Positions 1-12,165 of a DNA stretch of 64,000 nt are shown here, piece by piece (the stretch's first letter is position 1; the number at the start of each line of letters is the position of its first letter). This DNA comes from Takakia lepidozioides. Lineage: Eukaryota > Plantae > Bryophyta. A program made the translations under genes and the position numbers. The notes beneath the pieces are model-generated. The model was not told the DNA's origin and ran no database searches. It saw only the letters and a list, made by a program, of their open reading frames with translations. The DNA lies in contig CM060731.1 of NCBI GenBank assembly GCA_030704615.1, positions 57,474,001 through 57,538,000 on the forward strand, read 5' to 3'.

Positions 1-174
1 TAGCTAACATGAATGCCAAAAGGGAAACAAATAGGAAACACCCCCATGATACACTAGCTGTAGGTCATGCCTGATTGTTCTGCGCGGGCTGAGTACCTAG
101 AGATTTCCAACTCTTCTATCTTGGAGTTTCCGCCTCGAATAGCGAAGGGATGGGTGAGTAAAAGCCGCGCGACA
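1..174 (+). repeat. 3' part of the 5' LTR of family A
   Basis: Ends ...AAAAGCCGCGCGACA; reverse complement of the LTR ends at 46155, 57445 and 59651. Confidence 0.92.
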
Positions 175-176
175 TT

Positions 177-194
177 TGGCGACCATACTGGGGA
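177..194 (+). promoter_or_regulatory. Primer binding site TGGCGACCATACTGGGGA (probably tRNA-Arg type)
   Basis: TGG-starting motif 2 nt after the LTR terminal CA; same motif at ~59631-59648 on the - strand; tRNA identity is inferred. Confidence 0.8.
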
Positions 195-302
195 ACTGAG
201 TCATGAACAACCGGATGTGACAGGCATCTGGTGGGATCATGGTGGTTGGACCATTAAAGAATTTGAAGTGAATCAAATCCCTGTGGAACGAAGGAAGAAA
301 GA

Positions 303-758
303 TTGTCCAAACAATTCTTTCAAAGGTTGGAATTGCCAGACGGTTGTAAAGAAAATATTCTTAAGCGAGTGCATGATGCTGATCCGGAATGGGGTCTGGA
401 GAAAGGAGTGATAAAGATTTATCAGGTAGCCTGTAGAGGAAGAGCACGTTGGTTACCAACATTGGTTTATGTGATAGCATTGCTATCCATTAAGCGAGTA
501 GAAGTTGAAGGCTGGGAAGAAAGAAAGGTGAATGTTTATACTCATATGCATGAAGAGCTTGTACTGGTAAAGAATTGGATTCCAAAGGATATTTTGTGGA
601 TCAAACTCACACCAAGAATAGCTTTCCAGACTTGTTTGCCATATGGTTATATGGTAACGGAGACTTCAACTATAACCAAGGGTGCATTGAAGCTTGAAAG
701 AAACCCAGGCATATACGAGAGATATTACAGAAGAGAGTTTTGGTTATTGCCACATTAA
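303..758 (+). CDS. Extra ORF upstream of gag, unknown function
   Basis: 151-aa ORF between PBS and gag; near-identical (frameshifted) copy at 59050-59483. Confidence 0.55.
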   Translation: MSKQFFQRLELPDGCKENILKRVHDADPEWGLEKGVIKIYQVACRGRARWLPTLVYVIALLSIKRVEVEGWEERKVNVYTHMHEELVLVKNWIPKDILWIKLTPRIAFQTCLPYGYMVTETSTITKGALKLERNPGIYERYYRREFWLLPH

Positions 759-779
759 AAGAAATGAAAGACATGGGAC

Positions 780-2702
780 ATGAGTGATGAAAGAGAAGCT
801 AGACGCCAGAGATATTTAGCAAAAAGAGAAAGCTATCTGAAAGCTAATTATCCATATCTATGGGAGAGAGGAATAGACATAGGGGAATCATCTGGACCTC
901 TCACACCATTAAGATCAAAGAGTACATCACCCATACCGGAAGAACTAGAGTTGGATGCCACTCCTTCTGTTTCTTTGCAAGAAAGATTAAGGGAATTGGT
1001 ACAGAAAGAAGATCAATCACGAGGTGAAAGATCTGGGGTACATCCCTGGATAAAAGATTTGACAGAAATCTTTGATAAGAGTTGGCATGGAACACCAAAA
1101 GCAGGAACTCCAGTTTCTGAAGCGGAAGGTGAAGAAGGAGAGAAGAGGATGTGGCAGAGCCAACGGAGAGTTCAGACTCTCCAACACATTACAGTTGAGT
1201 TACATGAGTGAAGAAGAAACCCAAGGGCAGAACTTGGAGGATGAAAACAGAGAGAAAAAATTGGAAGAGGAAGAATATGAAGAAGTAGACCCAACAGCTG
1301 AGGTTGAGACTACAACCAGGACATCCCAACCCGTTGGACCTGGATCAAGTGGAGCACTTGGATCACAGGCCAACGAAGGTGTCGGCTCATGGGGATCAGG
1401 CGGGCTGCCTGGATCTGGCTCTGGGGGGACAGGGAGTGTGGGAAGTAGTGCAACTGAAGCTGGGAATACTGTGGGAGTGCTCAAGGGCCACCACTTGGTG
1501 GAAGATCCACCACAAAAACAACAGGTCCAGAAGGACCAGCACCAGCAAGGGTGCCAGCACCTGTCAGGGGCAGAAGGTAGGGCCACAGATGGCGTTACAA
1601 CCAACACGGGCAAAACCACCCTTCCAATATATTCACAGGAAAAGGGGATCCCGATGTACACATTAGCCAATTTGAGCAATGTGTATAGTGAACAATGAGA
1701 ATGGCGATGATGCCAAGATGAGATGTTTTTGTTCACTTTAAGAGAAGCGAGTGTACAAGATTCCCTGATAATGCCATTATTAAATGGAATGGCTGAATAC
1801 AGCATTTCGAAATAGGTTCAGGACAAGTAAAACTGAGGATGAAGTGTATGGAAGTTTACAGTTAAAGCAAAAGAAGCATGAAACTGTTGAGGAGTATATG
1901 GAAAAGATGGAATTGATGATGAAAAAGCTGGCTGCAGTACCAGCACCCGGTTTACAGAAGACTTGGTTTGTGAGTGGACTAAGACCAGAGTTGCAAAAGA
2001 AAGTGGATATGTTACCCCATAATACAGTGGAGGAGGCATTTGAAACTGCAAACAGAATTGAGCAATTGGGAATGCTCAGGAGAGAGAAAAGGGATGATGA
2101 GGACTCTGAGGATGAGTCAGATGAAGAAGAAGAGCAAGAACTAAAAAGAAGAGTAAGAGAAAGGAGAAGTTGAAGAGGGATAACTATGAAAAAAAATTGG
2201 AAGAAATCTTGAAGAAGTATGCCACAGAGGCTGCAACACATTGGAGGAAGGGTGTATGGTGTGCAAAGTGCCAGAATGAAGGCCATACCACCACAGAATG
2301 CCACATGAAGGAGAAACACTGTACTATCTGTAAAATGGATAACCATTCTACTGAGAATTGTTACTACAACAGAAGGACAGCTGCAAGAGAACCTAGGCAA
2401 GTAAGGGTGCATCAGGTGCAGCCCAGCCAAGAAGAAACAATGATCAGGACCACTATGGTAGGTCTGGTGGTTATAACAATGGCATGGAAGGGAGAGGTAA
2501 TTCAAGAGGGAATTACCAAGGAAATTCCAGGCAACTATCAGGGTAATCCAAGGGGAATTACCAGCCCGGGAATCAGGATTATAGAAATAATCCAAGAACA
2601 GACCAAGGGCGAGGACCCAATGGTGAAGAACTATGTTACTATTGTAATCAGCCAGGACATCGCAGGGCAGCCTGTTCATTCTGGATAAGACACCAGAATG
2701 AG
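780..2702 (+). pseudogene. gag: gag (retrotransposon Gag domain + CCHC zinc knuckles), frameshifted
   Basis: W..L..AF..RF, LKQKKHETVEEY, FVSGLRPEL; CAKCQNEGHTTTEC and CTICKMDNHSTENC knuckles. Confidence 0.88.
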
Positions 2703-5700
2703 ATGAGAGCTCCTGTGAATGAGGGCCCAGTGGTGGCAGCTCACATGGTTAGGCCATGTGTTGTACCAGAAGTAAGTACAATGATAGTAACAAGAAGTAA
2801 AGCCAAACTAATACCTCCAGTAGAAGAGGAAGAAGATGATAATGAAAGTGGCAATGATATGCCTGAAGATGAAGAGACTTGGAAAGATGAGAAGGAACTG
2901 CACAAGGAAGTGGCAGATACTATAAGGGAAATGCAGAAGAGTACTGATATTCCTGTGGCAGATTCCTCTGATTCTGATGGAGAAGAAGAAGGGAGTGAGG
3001 AAGAAAGGAAGAAAGAAGATGCAGACATGCAAAGTAATGAAGAGACTTTGGCTGAAGTAATATGCAGACCAAAGCAGAAAATTACCATTGGACAGCTATT
3101 AGCTGTGGCACCTTATTGTAGGCACAGGCTGTATCAAGCAATCAATCGAATTGCCCAGGAGACAGGAAACACAGACCTGAACAGCAAGGTGACCAGTTAT
3201 AATGTGAAGCCGGAAGGGCGAGAAACAGTCATGGACTTTGATGATTCTATGCCAGTAATCCAATTGAGAATTGGAAGCACAGAACTAACTGATGTACTGA
3301 TAGATGGAGGTTCTGGAGTAAATATCATGACAGACCAATTAAGGAAGAAGCTTGGTCTAAGTAACATGAAACCAGCCCCATTTACAGTAACAATGGCAGA
3401 TCAAAGAAGTGTACAGCCATTGGGATTAATAAGAGGAGTTAAGATACAGATACAGAAGATGATCTTTATGATCACAGTAACTGTGTTGAAATGGATGAAG
3501 TCATGGAGGCTTACTCCTTATTATTGGGACGTCCGTGGCTGAAACAGGCCAGGGTATTCCATGACTGGAATTCTCAGTTACTAACGTGCATAATGGGATA
3601 CACGAGATACAAATTACCACAAAGAAATCTAGTAGATTACCTGCTACAAGAAGACCTCGAGGAGTCAGAGAGTATGACTGGAGAGGAGGACTGGATGAGG
3701 AGCAGGAAGCTACCCTATTTGCTGCACACCCAGAGTGGGAGCAGGTTGCAGAGATGCGGCTGGAAAGCCTAAGTTGTTTAAGAGGTATCTGCTTGTGGTG
3801 TAGTGACAGCAACACCAACTGAAGAGGAAACCAGCATTACCCATCACATTTCTATGAAGAAAGAGAAGGAGAAATGGAAATCCTAGAGGAACCAGCCACT
3901 GTGAGCTTACAGGATGAAGTGGTGACTGGTTGGACAATCACAGCTGATGAGCAGGTGAGGGAAGTGAATGTGGGAACTAAAGAGGAACCGAGGATGGTGA
4001 AAGTAGGAGCTGATTTGGAGCCGGAATTCTTCGAAGAAGCTAAAAGCTTGTTCATCAAATACAGAGATGTATTTGCTTGGAGCTATGAGGATCTAAAAGG
4101 GATACCACCTGAAGTCTGTCAGCATAAGATTGAACTGGAGCCAGGGTCAGTACCAATCAAGCAGGCGAGGTATAGAATGAATCCCAACTACGCACATAAG
4201 GTTGGAGAAGAGATAAAGAAGTTGGCTGAGGCTAAGTTTATATATCCAATAGAGTATACAACTTGGTTGTCACCCATTGTGATAGTTCCCAAGAAGAATG
4301 GTAAACTAAGAGTTTGTGTGAACTACAAGAAGCTGAATGCTTGTACGAAGAAAGATCCTTTCCCTTTGCCATTCACAGAAGCAGTATTAGACACTGTGGC
4401 AGGCCATGAGATGTACTCATTCATGGATGGTTTCTGTGGTTATAATCAAGTGCAAGTGGCAGAAGAAGACCAAGGAAAAACTGCTTTCATCACAGACTGG
4501 GGGGCTTTTGCATACAAAGTCATGCCCTTTGGACTTTGTAATGCACCAGCGTCCTTTCAGAGAGTGATAAGTGAATCTTTTCATGAGTATCTGGATGATT
4601 TCATGCAGGTATTCTTGGATGATTTCAGTGTGTACAGCTCTAAGAATGAGCACTTGCATAAATTGGAGTTATGTTTGGCCAGATGCAGGATGAGAGGTCT
4701 GGGCCTGAATCCAGAGAAGTGTACTTTCTGTGTGAACTCAGGGGTGCTTCTGGGACACATTGTGTGTAAGAAGGGACTCCTTGTGGATCCCAGAAAGACA
4801 GAGGCCATTAAAGCCTCTCCACCACCAGTGAATGTTAAAAGTCTAAGGAAATTCCTTGGGCAAACCAGTTATTACAGAAGATTTGTCAAGAGGTATGCAC
4901 AAATAGCAGCACCATTGAGCAAGCTTCTGAAGAAAGATGCAGTGTTTGCATGAACAGCTGAATGTCAACAGGCGTTTGAGGAACTTACACTGTCAGTAAC
5001 AACTACACCTGTGCTGATTAACCCTCACTGGCATGTAGTATTTCATGTTCACTGCGATGCATCAGGAGAAGCATTGGGAGCGGTGTTAGCCCAAAATGTT
5101 ACAGGAAATATAGATTCACTTGTGTACTATGCTAGCAGGTTGATGAACAGTGCTGAAAGGAACTATACCACGACGGAAAGAGAAACATTGGCAATGATCT
5201 ATGCAGTGAAGAAATTCAGGCATTACCTGTTGGGCAAGAAGTTTATGTTCTATGTGGATCACCAGGCTCTGATATACCTGGTAAACAAACCTCTGATAAG
5301 CGGAAGAATAGCAAGATGGTTGATAATCTTGCACGAGTTTGAGTTCGAGGTTGTTTACAAGCCTGCGAGACTACATCTTGTGGCGGATCATTTGTCACGG
5401 TTATCAACAGGAGAACCAGCCACACGAATAGATGATCAATTACCAGATGCGAGTCTCTTGCAGTGGAGGTGCAGGGAAGTGCAGATGACTGGTTAGATTG
5501 GCAGTGGCCAATCAGATACTACCTTGCTCATGGTCAGTGCCCACCTAGTTATGGTAAGGAGCAGAGGAAGAGAATCGCTATCAAAGCTTTACCTTATACT
5601 ATGGTAGGAAGCAGAATGTATAAGCTAGGACCTGATGGAGTACTAAAACGATGCTTGTACCACCATGAAGTAAATAAAGTTTTGGCGGAAGTTCATAAAG

Positions 5701-6812
5701 GAGTGGCTGGAGGTCATTTTGGAGAAGAGACTACCAGTAGGAAAATACTACTCGCAGGTTACTGGTGGCCTACTTTGTTCAAAGATGTACACAAGTATTG
5801 TCAGAAGTGTGATGAATGTCAGAGGCTAGGACCTTTGCAGAGATCTGGAAGGATGGCCTTGCATCCTACAATGCCTACGGAACCATTTCAGAAATGGGGA
5901 CTAGACTTTGTTGGACCGATATACCAACCAGCCAAGAATACACAGAACCGGTACATAATTATAGCCACTGATTATACTACGAAGTGGGTGGAAGCTAAAG
6001 CTTTGGGACAACACAGCCAAGTCCACAGCAAGGTTCCTGTACGAGAACATACTTATACGATTTGGCTGTCCCTTAGAATTTATCAGTGATCAGGGAAGTC
6101 ACTTCATGAATGAGACCATTGAGTTGTTGACTAAAGAGTTCATGATTGTACATAGAAGAGTACAACATATTACCCACAGGGTAATGGGCAGGCAGAGGCT
6201 ACCAACAAAATACTATGTACTATCTTGGCTAAGATAGTCAATGCAAACAGAACGGATTGGGATACAAAGCTGCTGACAGCTTTGTGGTCATACATGACTT
6301 CATATAAAGTCACCACTAAATATACACCATTCCAATTAGTTTATGGTATGGAAGCCTTACTTCCAGTGGAATTCCTGTTACCTACCATGAGAACGGAGTG
6401 GGGAAAGAGAATGGAATTGCAAGATTCCATTAAGGTCAGGAAACATGAATTATACCATGTGGAAGAAGTACGTGCTGATGCAGCTGATAATATGACCAGA
6501 ATGCAGATGAAGAGAAAGGAACAGTTTGATGAAGGCAAGTTAAAGACTTTTAAGACGGGGGATTTGGTTTTATGGTTGCAGAAGAAAGGAAAGATTAAAG
6601 CTTCTAAGCTTAAATCACCATGGAAAGGACCTTATGTCATACAAAAGATGTATGATAACAACACCGCCATGTTACAAACCATTAACAAAGAAATGCTGGG
6701 AAGAGTCAATGCCAATAAGTTGAAGGGATACAGTGGTATCCATGACAAACCTTTGCAGCATGATTTGCATGTTGAAACGCAAGAGCAGTCACGGGCTGCA
6801 CCAGTGTTACGA
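2703..6812 (+). pseudogene. pol: pol: aspartic protease, RT, RNase H, integrase (frameshifts, stop at 4951)
   Basis: VLIDGGSGVN; KKNGKLRVC, MPFGLCNAP, VFLDDF; HCDAS, YTTTERE; GGHFG..CDECQ, WGLDFVGP, WKGPY. Confidence 0.93.
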
Positions 6813-7750
6813 GCCAGTCAAGCGGAAAAATGTACGAAGGCAAAAGAAGAGAATGTTGAACAAATGAAACTCATTGTCGATATGAAGAATACAATCTGTC
6901 GCAATGAGGATACTTTCAAGCAATACAGACAGATTGAAGCTGATCAAGAGAAGCACATCGTGGAGTTGCAACAAACCATCATGGCCAATAGAAATGAAAT
7001 CGTGGTCAATAACAAGGCTTGGAGGGACTGGCTACTTATGCGAATTTGGTTGAACCTCATGCGAAGCGCATTGAGGCTTTACAACAACAATTAGAATTGT
7101 ACAAGCTAAGAGAGGAGCAAACTCTTAAGGGAACCACAAGCAACTTGGTGGATAACAGCCTTATGCAGGTCTGGTTAGCACAAGGGCCGGTAGAGGGCAA
7201 AGCACCACGAAAGCTCACCCAAAACGAGATGAATGAGCTCAGACTACAAGTGCAGAACATTGCCACAACTACTATAGACAATGTCTATAGTAGAATAGCA
7301 GAGTTACAGGAAGATGTAGACGGACTGCAGACTCAAGTGGAGGACCTCAATTCAAACATCGACAAAAGAGTCTATATCCCTCAGGAACAGCTAATGGCTT
7401 GTTATTTACAAGCCAGAACTTTGGCTTTTCAGTCTTCACAGGAGGTGCAGGAGATGCCAATGATACAAGAGCCAGTACCACCAACACCACAACAAGTCAC
7501 TGTACCAGTAGCTGAACCTGTTGTTACTACAACCACACCGCAACCACCACAGCCTGAGGTTGTACATGGACTCATTTATACCAAGACCAAGGAGGTAGCA
7601 AGTATTGTCATGGGATGCGGGTTATACTACGCTGCTTGTTTTCTAGTACGTTATCACATTGAGCAACAAAAGATGCAAGCACGCTTTCTGAGTTATTCCA
7701 GTGGGGATCATTGGGTATTACCTTCGGTGCCACCTCATATGTACCTATAT
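6813..7750 (+). pseudogene. Remnant of the family A 3' extra (coiled-coil) ORF
   Basis: Matches 47295-49403 protein (SQAEKCTK...HMYLY) with a further internal deletion at ~7560. Confidence 0.85.
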
Positions 7751-8005
7751 GGGTTACACTACTTGGGTTACACTAGTGAGATTACACAACGAGAGGGTAA
7801 CACATCCAGGGTAACACAGCGAGGGGTAACATAGGGGTACACTGATTACAGGGTTATATACTCCCAGGGTTACACTGATTACAGGGGTATACACAACGAG
7901 GGTTACACTGAGTATAGGGTTGCACATAGCGAGGGTTACACTGATTACATGATTACACACAAAGAGGGTTACACGACGAGAGGGATGACAGTGGATGGAG
8001 TAACA
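7751..8005. repeat. Degenerate GGGTTACAC/GGTAACAC repeat array (probably intronic on - strand)
   Basis: Repeated GGGTTACAC-like motif; same motif array at 38165-38440. Confidence 0.75.
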
Positions 8006-8054
8006 CTTACAGAGATACCAAGGCACTACAGACATAAGGTCTCTCATATACTGG

Positions 8055-8670
8055 CACTACAGCAAATGGGGGGCGTTTGCGACGCCAGCCACGCCCCCAC
8101 GCCCCGCGCGGCGCTGAGCGTGCGACGCCAACCCTGCGGAGCGTGTTTGCGATGCTGGGCCATCGCAGCCAAACCGCGGGTTGCCACCTGCGCCGGGGCT
8201 AGGTTGCAACGCCTGGCTCTCACACGGGTGGATGAAGGGCAACAGACAGCCCTTCCGTGCGACGCCCAAGCGTCGCCCCAGCGAAGGGGAGAAGCCAGCC
8301 CTTTCTGGCGACGGCCGGTCGTCGCAAGCCCAAAAAAAAAACCCTTTCATGCCCTTTCTTTCATCGCAGCCTTTTTTTGCGACGCCCAGCCGTCGCATGG
8401 TGGCATGAAGGGCAAAAGGCCCCTGCGACGGCCGGCGTCGCAAACAGCCCGGCTGCCCTATTCTTTCAAAACAAAAAAACATGTCACATTTTGCGACGGC
8501 TTGCCGTCGCCAATTGCGACCCCCGACCTCATAAACCCATTCTTTCAAAACAAAAAAAACAGGTTGCAGTTGGCGACGGTTGGCCGTCGCCGTTTGCGAC
8601 CCCCGGCCTCATAAATCCAAAAAACCGCATCGCAGGTAGCACGCGTGGGGGTCGCAGGCAGCGACTGCAG
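8055..8670 (+). repeat. CACTA left TIR and GC-rich subterminal repeats (TGCGACG / CGTCGCA motifs)
   Basis: Many direct and inverted GCGACG motifs next to the TIR. Confidence 0.88.
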
Positions 8671-8944
8671 GGCTTTCTAGGTTTAGGTTTAGGGCCTTTG
8701 GGGTTCTTAGTTTTTTTTTTTTTCATATGGTACTGGGGTAGGGTGTTTGTTTTTTTTATGGTTTAGCTTGTTGTGGACCTTTTTGTAGATTGTGACGTTC
8801 ATTTTGATAATTCTGTTGATACCACATCTGTATGTGTTGCTCCAACATGTTCATTGTCTCTGCCTTCTTTCTTGAAAGACTACCAGCCACAGCCATATTT
8901 GATCAATCGTAGAAATAAACTACAATATGCATGTACATGTACAA

Positions 8945-11900
8945 TCAATCGAAGGGATGGGTCCAGTTTGGTGCGAGAATTGTTATGTAGCTTTGATTTT
9001 GTGTCGAATCAACTTGAACATCATCATCCGGAGCTTCTTCATCCTCATCAAGCTGCAAGTCTTCTTGGTCATCGGAGTCATCGTCATAAATGGTCCGGCC
9101 CTCAAAAGGCACCTCCAAATCATCCTCCACCTCGTTGTCAATGGCCGTGTCTTCATCTCCTTCTCCAACATCCGTATCTTCTAGAGCTTCATCATATAGG
9201 GTCCAGGATGTATTGTCCGGGACGTCATCATCTTCTACCCCCTCTACCCAACCTCCATCATCAGCATCATTATGACCAGTCTCTCCGTCCACCGCAATTG
9301 CCTCATCCAATGGAGATCCGAGACCATGATAGATACGTCTTCCTTTTGGCTGAGCATGCACAACCATCTTCCAATTCCCCCCTCTTGTTTTGTCATCGAA
9401 GAAGAAAATTTTCTCCATGTCTGAAGGCCGTGAAAAAAGGCTTATCGGAGGGATGATGAGTAGGGTTGAGCCTATCTGCATTGACGCGGATGAAACCACA
9501 ATCATCTTACACTAGTGTTGCGGAAGGCCCCACAAGATGTGGTTGGAACCACCTTCCTTTGAAGAGAAGAGGACGGTACCTTGTATACTGAAGTTGGAGT
9601 ATGCACTCAAGTTTATTCATAGCAGGTTGTGTATCTCCCTTGCCCCACACGGAGTCTTGCCAATATGTGGCACACAAGCCAGAATCAAAGGTTGTTTTGC
9701 GCTTCATGTCAAGAGCACGAATGCGGAAATGACAACCGTGAACCCAAACCGCCGTGTATGAGGTCGCGAATTAAGAGGGGCCCCTTGCAATGTCTTGCAC
9801 CAAATCTGAAACCACCTCTCCTTGAGCAACAGCGTCATAAATTGAAGTCCGAAGCCACTGTTGGAATGAACTTAGAGACTGCAATTCCATGGGCAAATTT
9901 TGTGAAGGAACATTCCGGCGGCCCGCTCCTCGTCATGGGCGTCTAGTAACCGGCCTTGGATGGTTCCACCTCCATGCAAGCGTCTCCTCCTCTAATTGCT
10001 CAACAAGATTATTGTATCTTGTCTCCCACTCATATATGGATGGGGTGTTCTTCAGTATGAAGTCATGCACTTGCTCAATCACCAAGGTCGGCAATTTTAC
10101 CCTCTTCGATTTTTTGGGCAAAACGATGTCCTTGGTTCGTGCATCCTCCTCTTCCTTCCACATCCGAGGGGCTTCCTCATCCACCCTTGCCATGTACTCC
10201 GTGCAATAGAATATAGCTTATTGCAACGTATACCCTTCCGCCATGCTACCCTCCGGGTGCGCCATTTGTCTTACAAATCCTTTCAAAGTCTTCATATAAC
10301 GCTCAAGGAAGTACATCCACCGAGAATGAACACGGCCGGCAATCGAAGCCTCTTCCAAAGTGCACTACCAAGTGCACTTGGATGTCAAAGAAGGAGGGAG
10401 GAATGTGCATCTCCAACATACACATTACCTCCGCCGCCTCCTTCTTCATGCGTGGAAAATCCGCTTCTTCCAACTGTTTGGAGCAAATCCACCGGAACAA
10501 GCCTCCCAATCTATAGATTGTCTCACGAACCTCGGGAGTCAATGTCCCACGTACTGCAATGGGCAAGATGTCTTGCAATAGATTGTGGTAGTCATGAGAC
10601 TTAAAACCATGGACCCCGTTCTTCGCTGAACTTCGTACGGAGGGATGACCCATAACCAGTTGGTGTTCGGACAACACTTATGGTGGCTATCACTTTCTTG
10701 TATTCCTCCTTTGTCCATTACCAAGGTGCGTGCCTATACTTCCACCATACAACACCCTTTGGGTCCACACCATTTTATGCGGCCCATAGATGGTGCATGC
10801 GACCTGCTCCTCAAGCTCTTTTCTAACACCGAGAGAATCTCCTTTTGCAGCCACTCCCTTCTTTGCTGGCGTGCCATGAAGAATGCGAGAAAAAGACGAG
10901 TAGACATTCTTCTCAATATGCATGGGATCTAGAAAATGGTGAATCTTCAGGTCCTACATATATCCCCACCCACAAAGACTTACTCAAATTTTTTTACGTG
11001 AAAGTGACAATGCAGCGCATACCAAATGTGCAATATCACATGCATGCATAGGGATATTGACGGTGTTTTTGTGGAATATGTACCGCCCAATATGGCAATT
11101 CATAGAAGATTGAAAGTCGTTTCATGTCGGGCACGTCCACTTCACCGTCAGTGCCTGCATGGGCCTCCTTCCATCGGTCCTCCCAAAACTGCCCCGGACG
11201 GTGTCATAGGGGGGGGACTATTCCTCTTTGCCATCAAACAAGTGTTTCTCTCTTCTTCTCCATTGATGGCTCATAGGAAGAAATTTGCGGTAGTTGGGAT
11301 ACACCATCTTGTGAAAATGGCGAGAACTATGTGCATCAAGATCATTGCCACAATGCAAGCATGCATGGTACTCTTTGGTGCTTAGCCTCGAGCAAACAGT
11401 TAATCCTGTACTACACATCCCGCCACATTAGCAAAAACAAAAAGTTGTCATGTGCATGGCCCATAATGCCATCTACCCCACTACTGTGCACAAGACTGTC
11501 GCCGCTACTTCAATCAATCCCAATCCTCATCAATATTATCCAACATTGACAAGTGAATGTACGCGGGACGTTGTTCATGGGGAACATAATATACCTGGAT
11601 AATCATGCAAGCAAGATGTCTCTCATCTGAAAAGATTGTCCGGCCATAGGATTAAGTGAAGCACCCAATGTCGGAACCCCCCTCCATAGCTCCTTAAGTT
11701 CATCAACAAGAGGTCGCAAGTACGTGTCCATGTTTGCTACTTGTTTTTTTCCCTATGAGACATTCATATCATTGTTTCAATGCTCCACCAATATGCAAAT
11801 TATACTACAAAATGAATTACACGTCTTACTCCACGATTATGTCACTCATCAATCTTGCATCCGAATTGCGTCAGAGATCAAAAGTTTAATGTAAAGTCCA

Positions 11901-12165
11901 AGGCAATAATAAACATGAAATGAGTACACTCACCTGGGGCACAATGGCAGCCAACATGATATGGCCTTTTGTAATTGAAAGATACGGAGGGATGTTGTAA
12001 TTCACTATGATCACCGGCCAAGTGGAATGACTACATGACTGGACAGAGAATGGGTTGACCCCATCCGAGGAGAAGCCGAGATGGACATGTCGTGGGTCCT
12101 CCAAGAGAAAATGTCACATCTCTTCAATATGCCTCCATGCTTGTGAATCTTGTGGCTGCATTTTC
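8945..12165 (-). pseudogene. CACTA TnpD-type transposase (Transposase_21 / DUF4218 / DUF4216-like), degenerate, N-terminus missing
   Basis: DSQAWRH..EDPRHVHLGFSSDGVNPF..HSTWPVIIVNYNIPP; MHIEKNV; GFKSHDYHNLLQDILP; IPPSFFDIQVHLVVH; LFKGRWF; WKMVV; probable intron ~11754-11933. Confidence 0.9.

Larger units (their letters stand above)
1..7750 (+). mobile_element. Ty3/Gypsy LTR retrotransposon, non-chromovirus (Athila/Phygy/Selgy-like), family A copy 1; internally deleted and 3'-truncated
   Basis: LTR end + PBS, gag with CCHC knuckles, protease LIDGGSG, RT (FLDD), RNase H, HHCC/DDE integrase in Gypsy order; colinear with the copy at 46155-60638. Confidence 0.93.

Noticed and set aside
1715-1800. 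Cluster of small indels in gag as biological decay or recoding
   Set aside because: Dense 1-3-bp losses relative to copy 2, and homopolymer indels throughout the window, are equally explained by long-read consensus error.
7751-8005. GGGTTA-containing repeats as interstitial telomere
   Set aside because: The unit is GGGTTACAC with irregular spacers, not tandem TTAGGG/TTTAGGG.
8057-8766. Long overlapping ORFs in the CACTA subterminal regions (also 36371-37481)
   Set aside because: GC-rich, stop-poor repeats are open in several frames on both strands.
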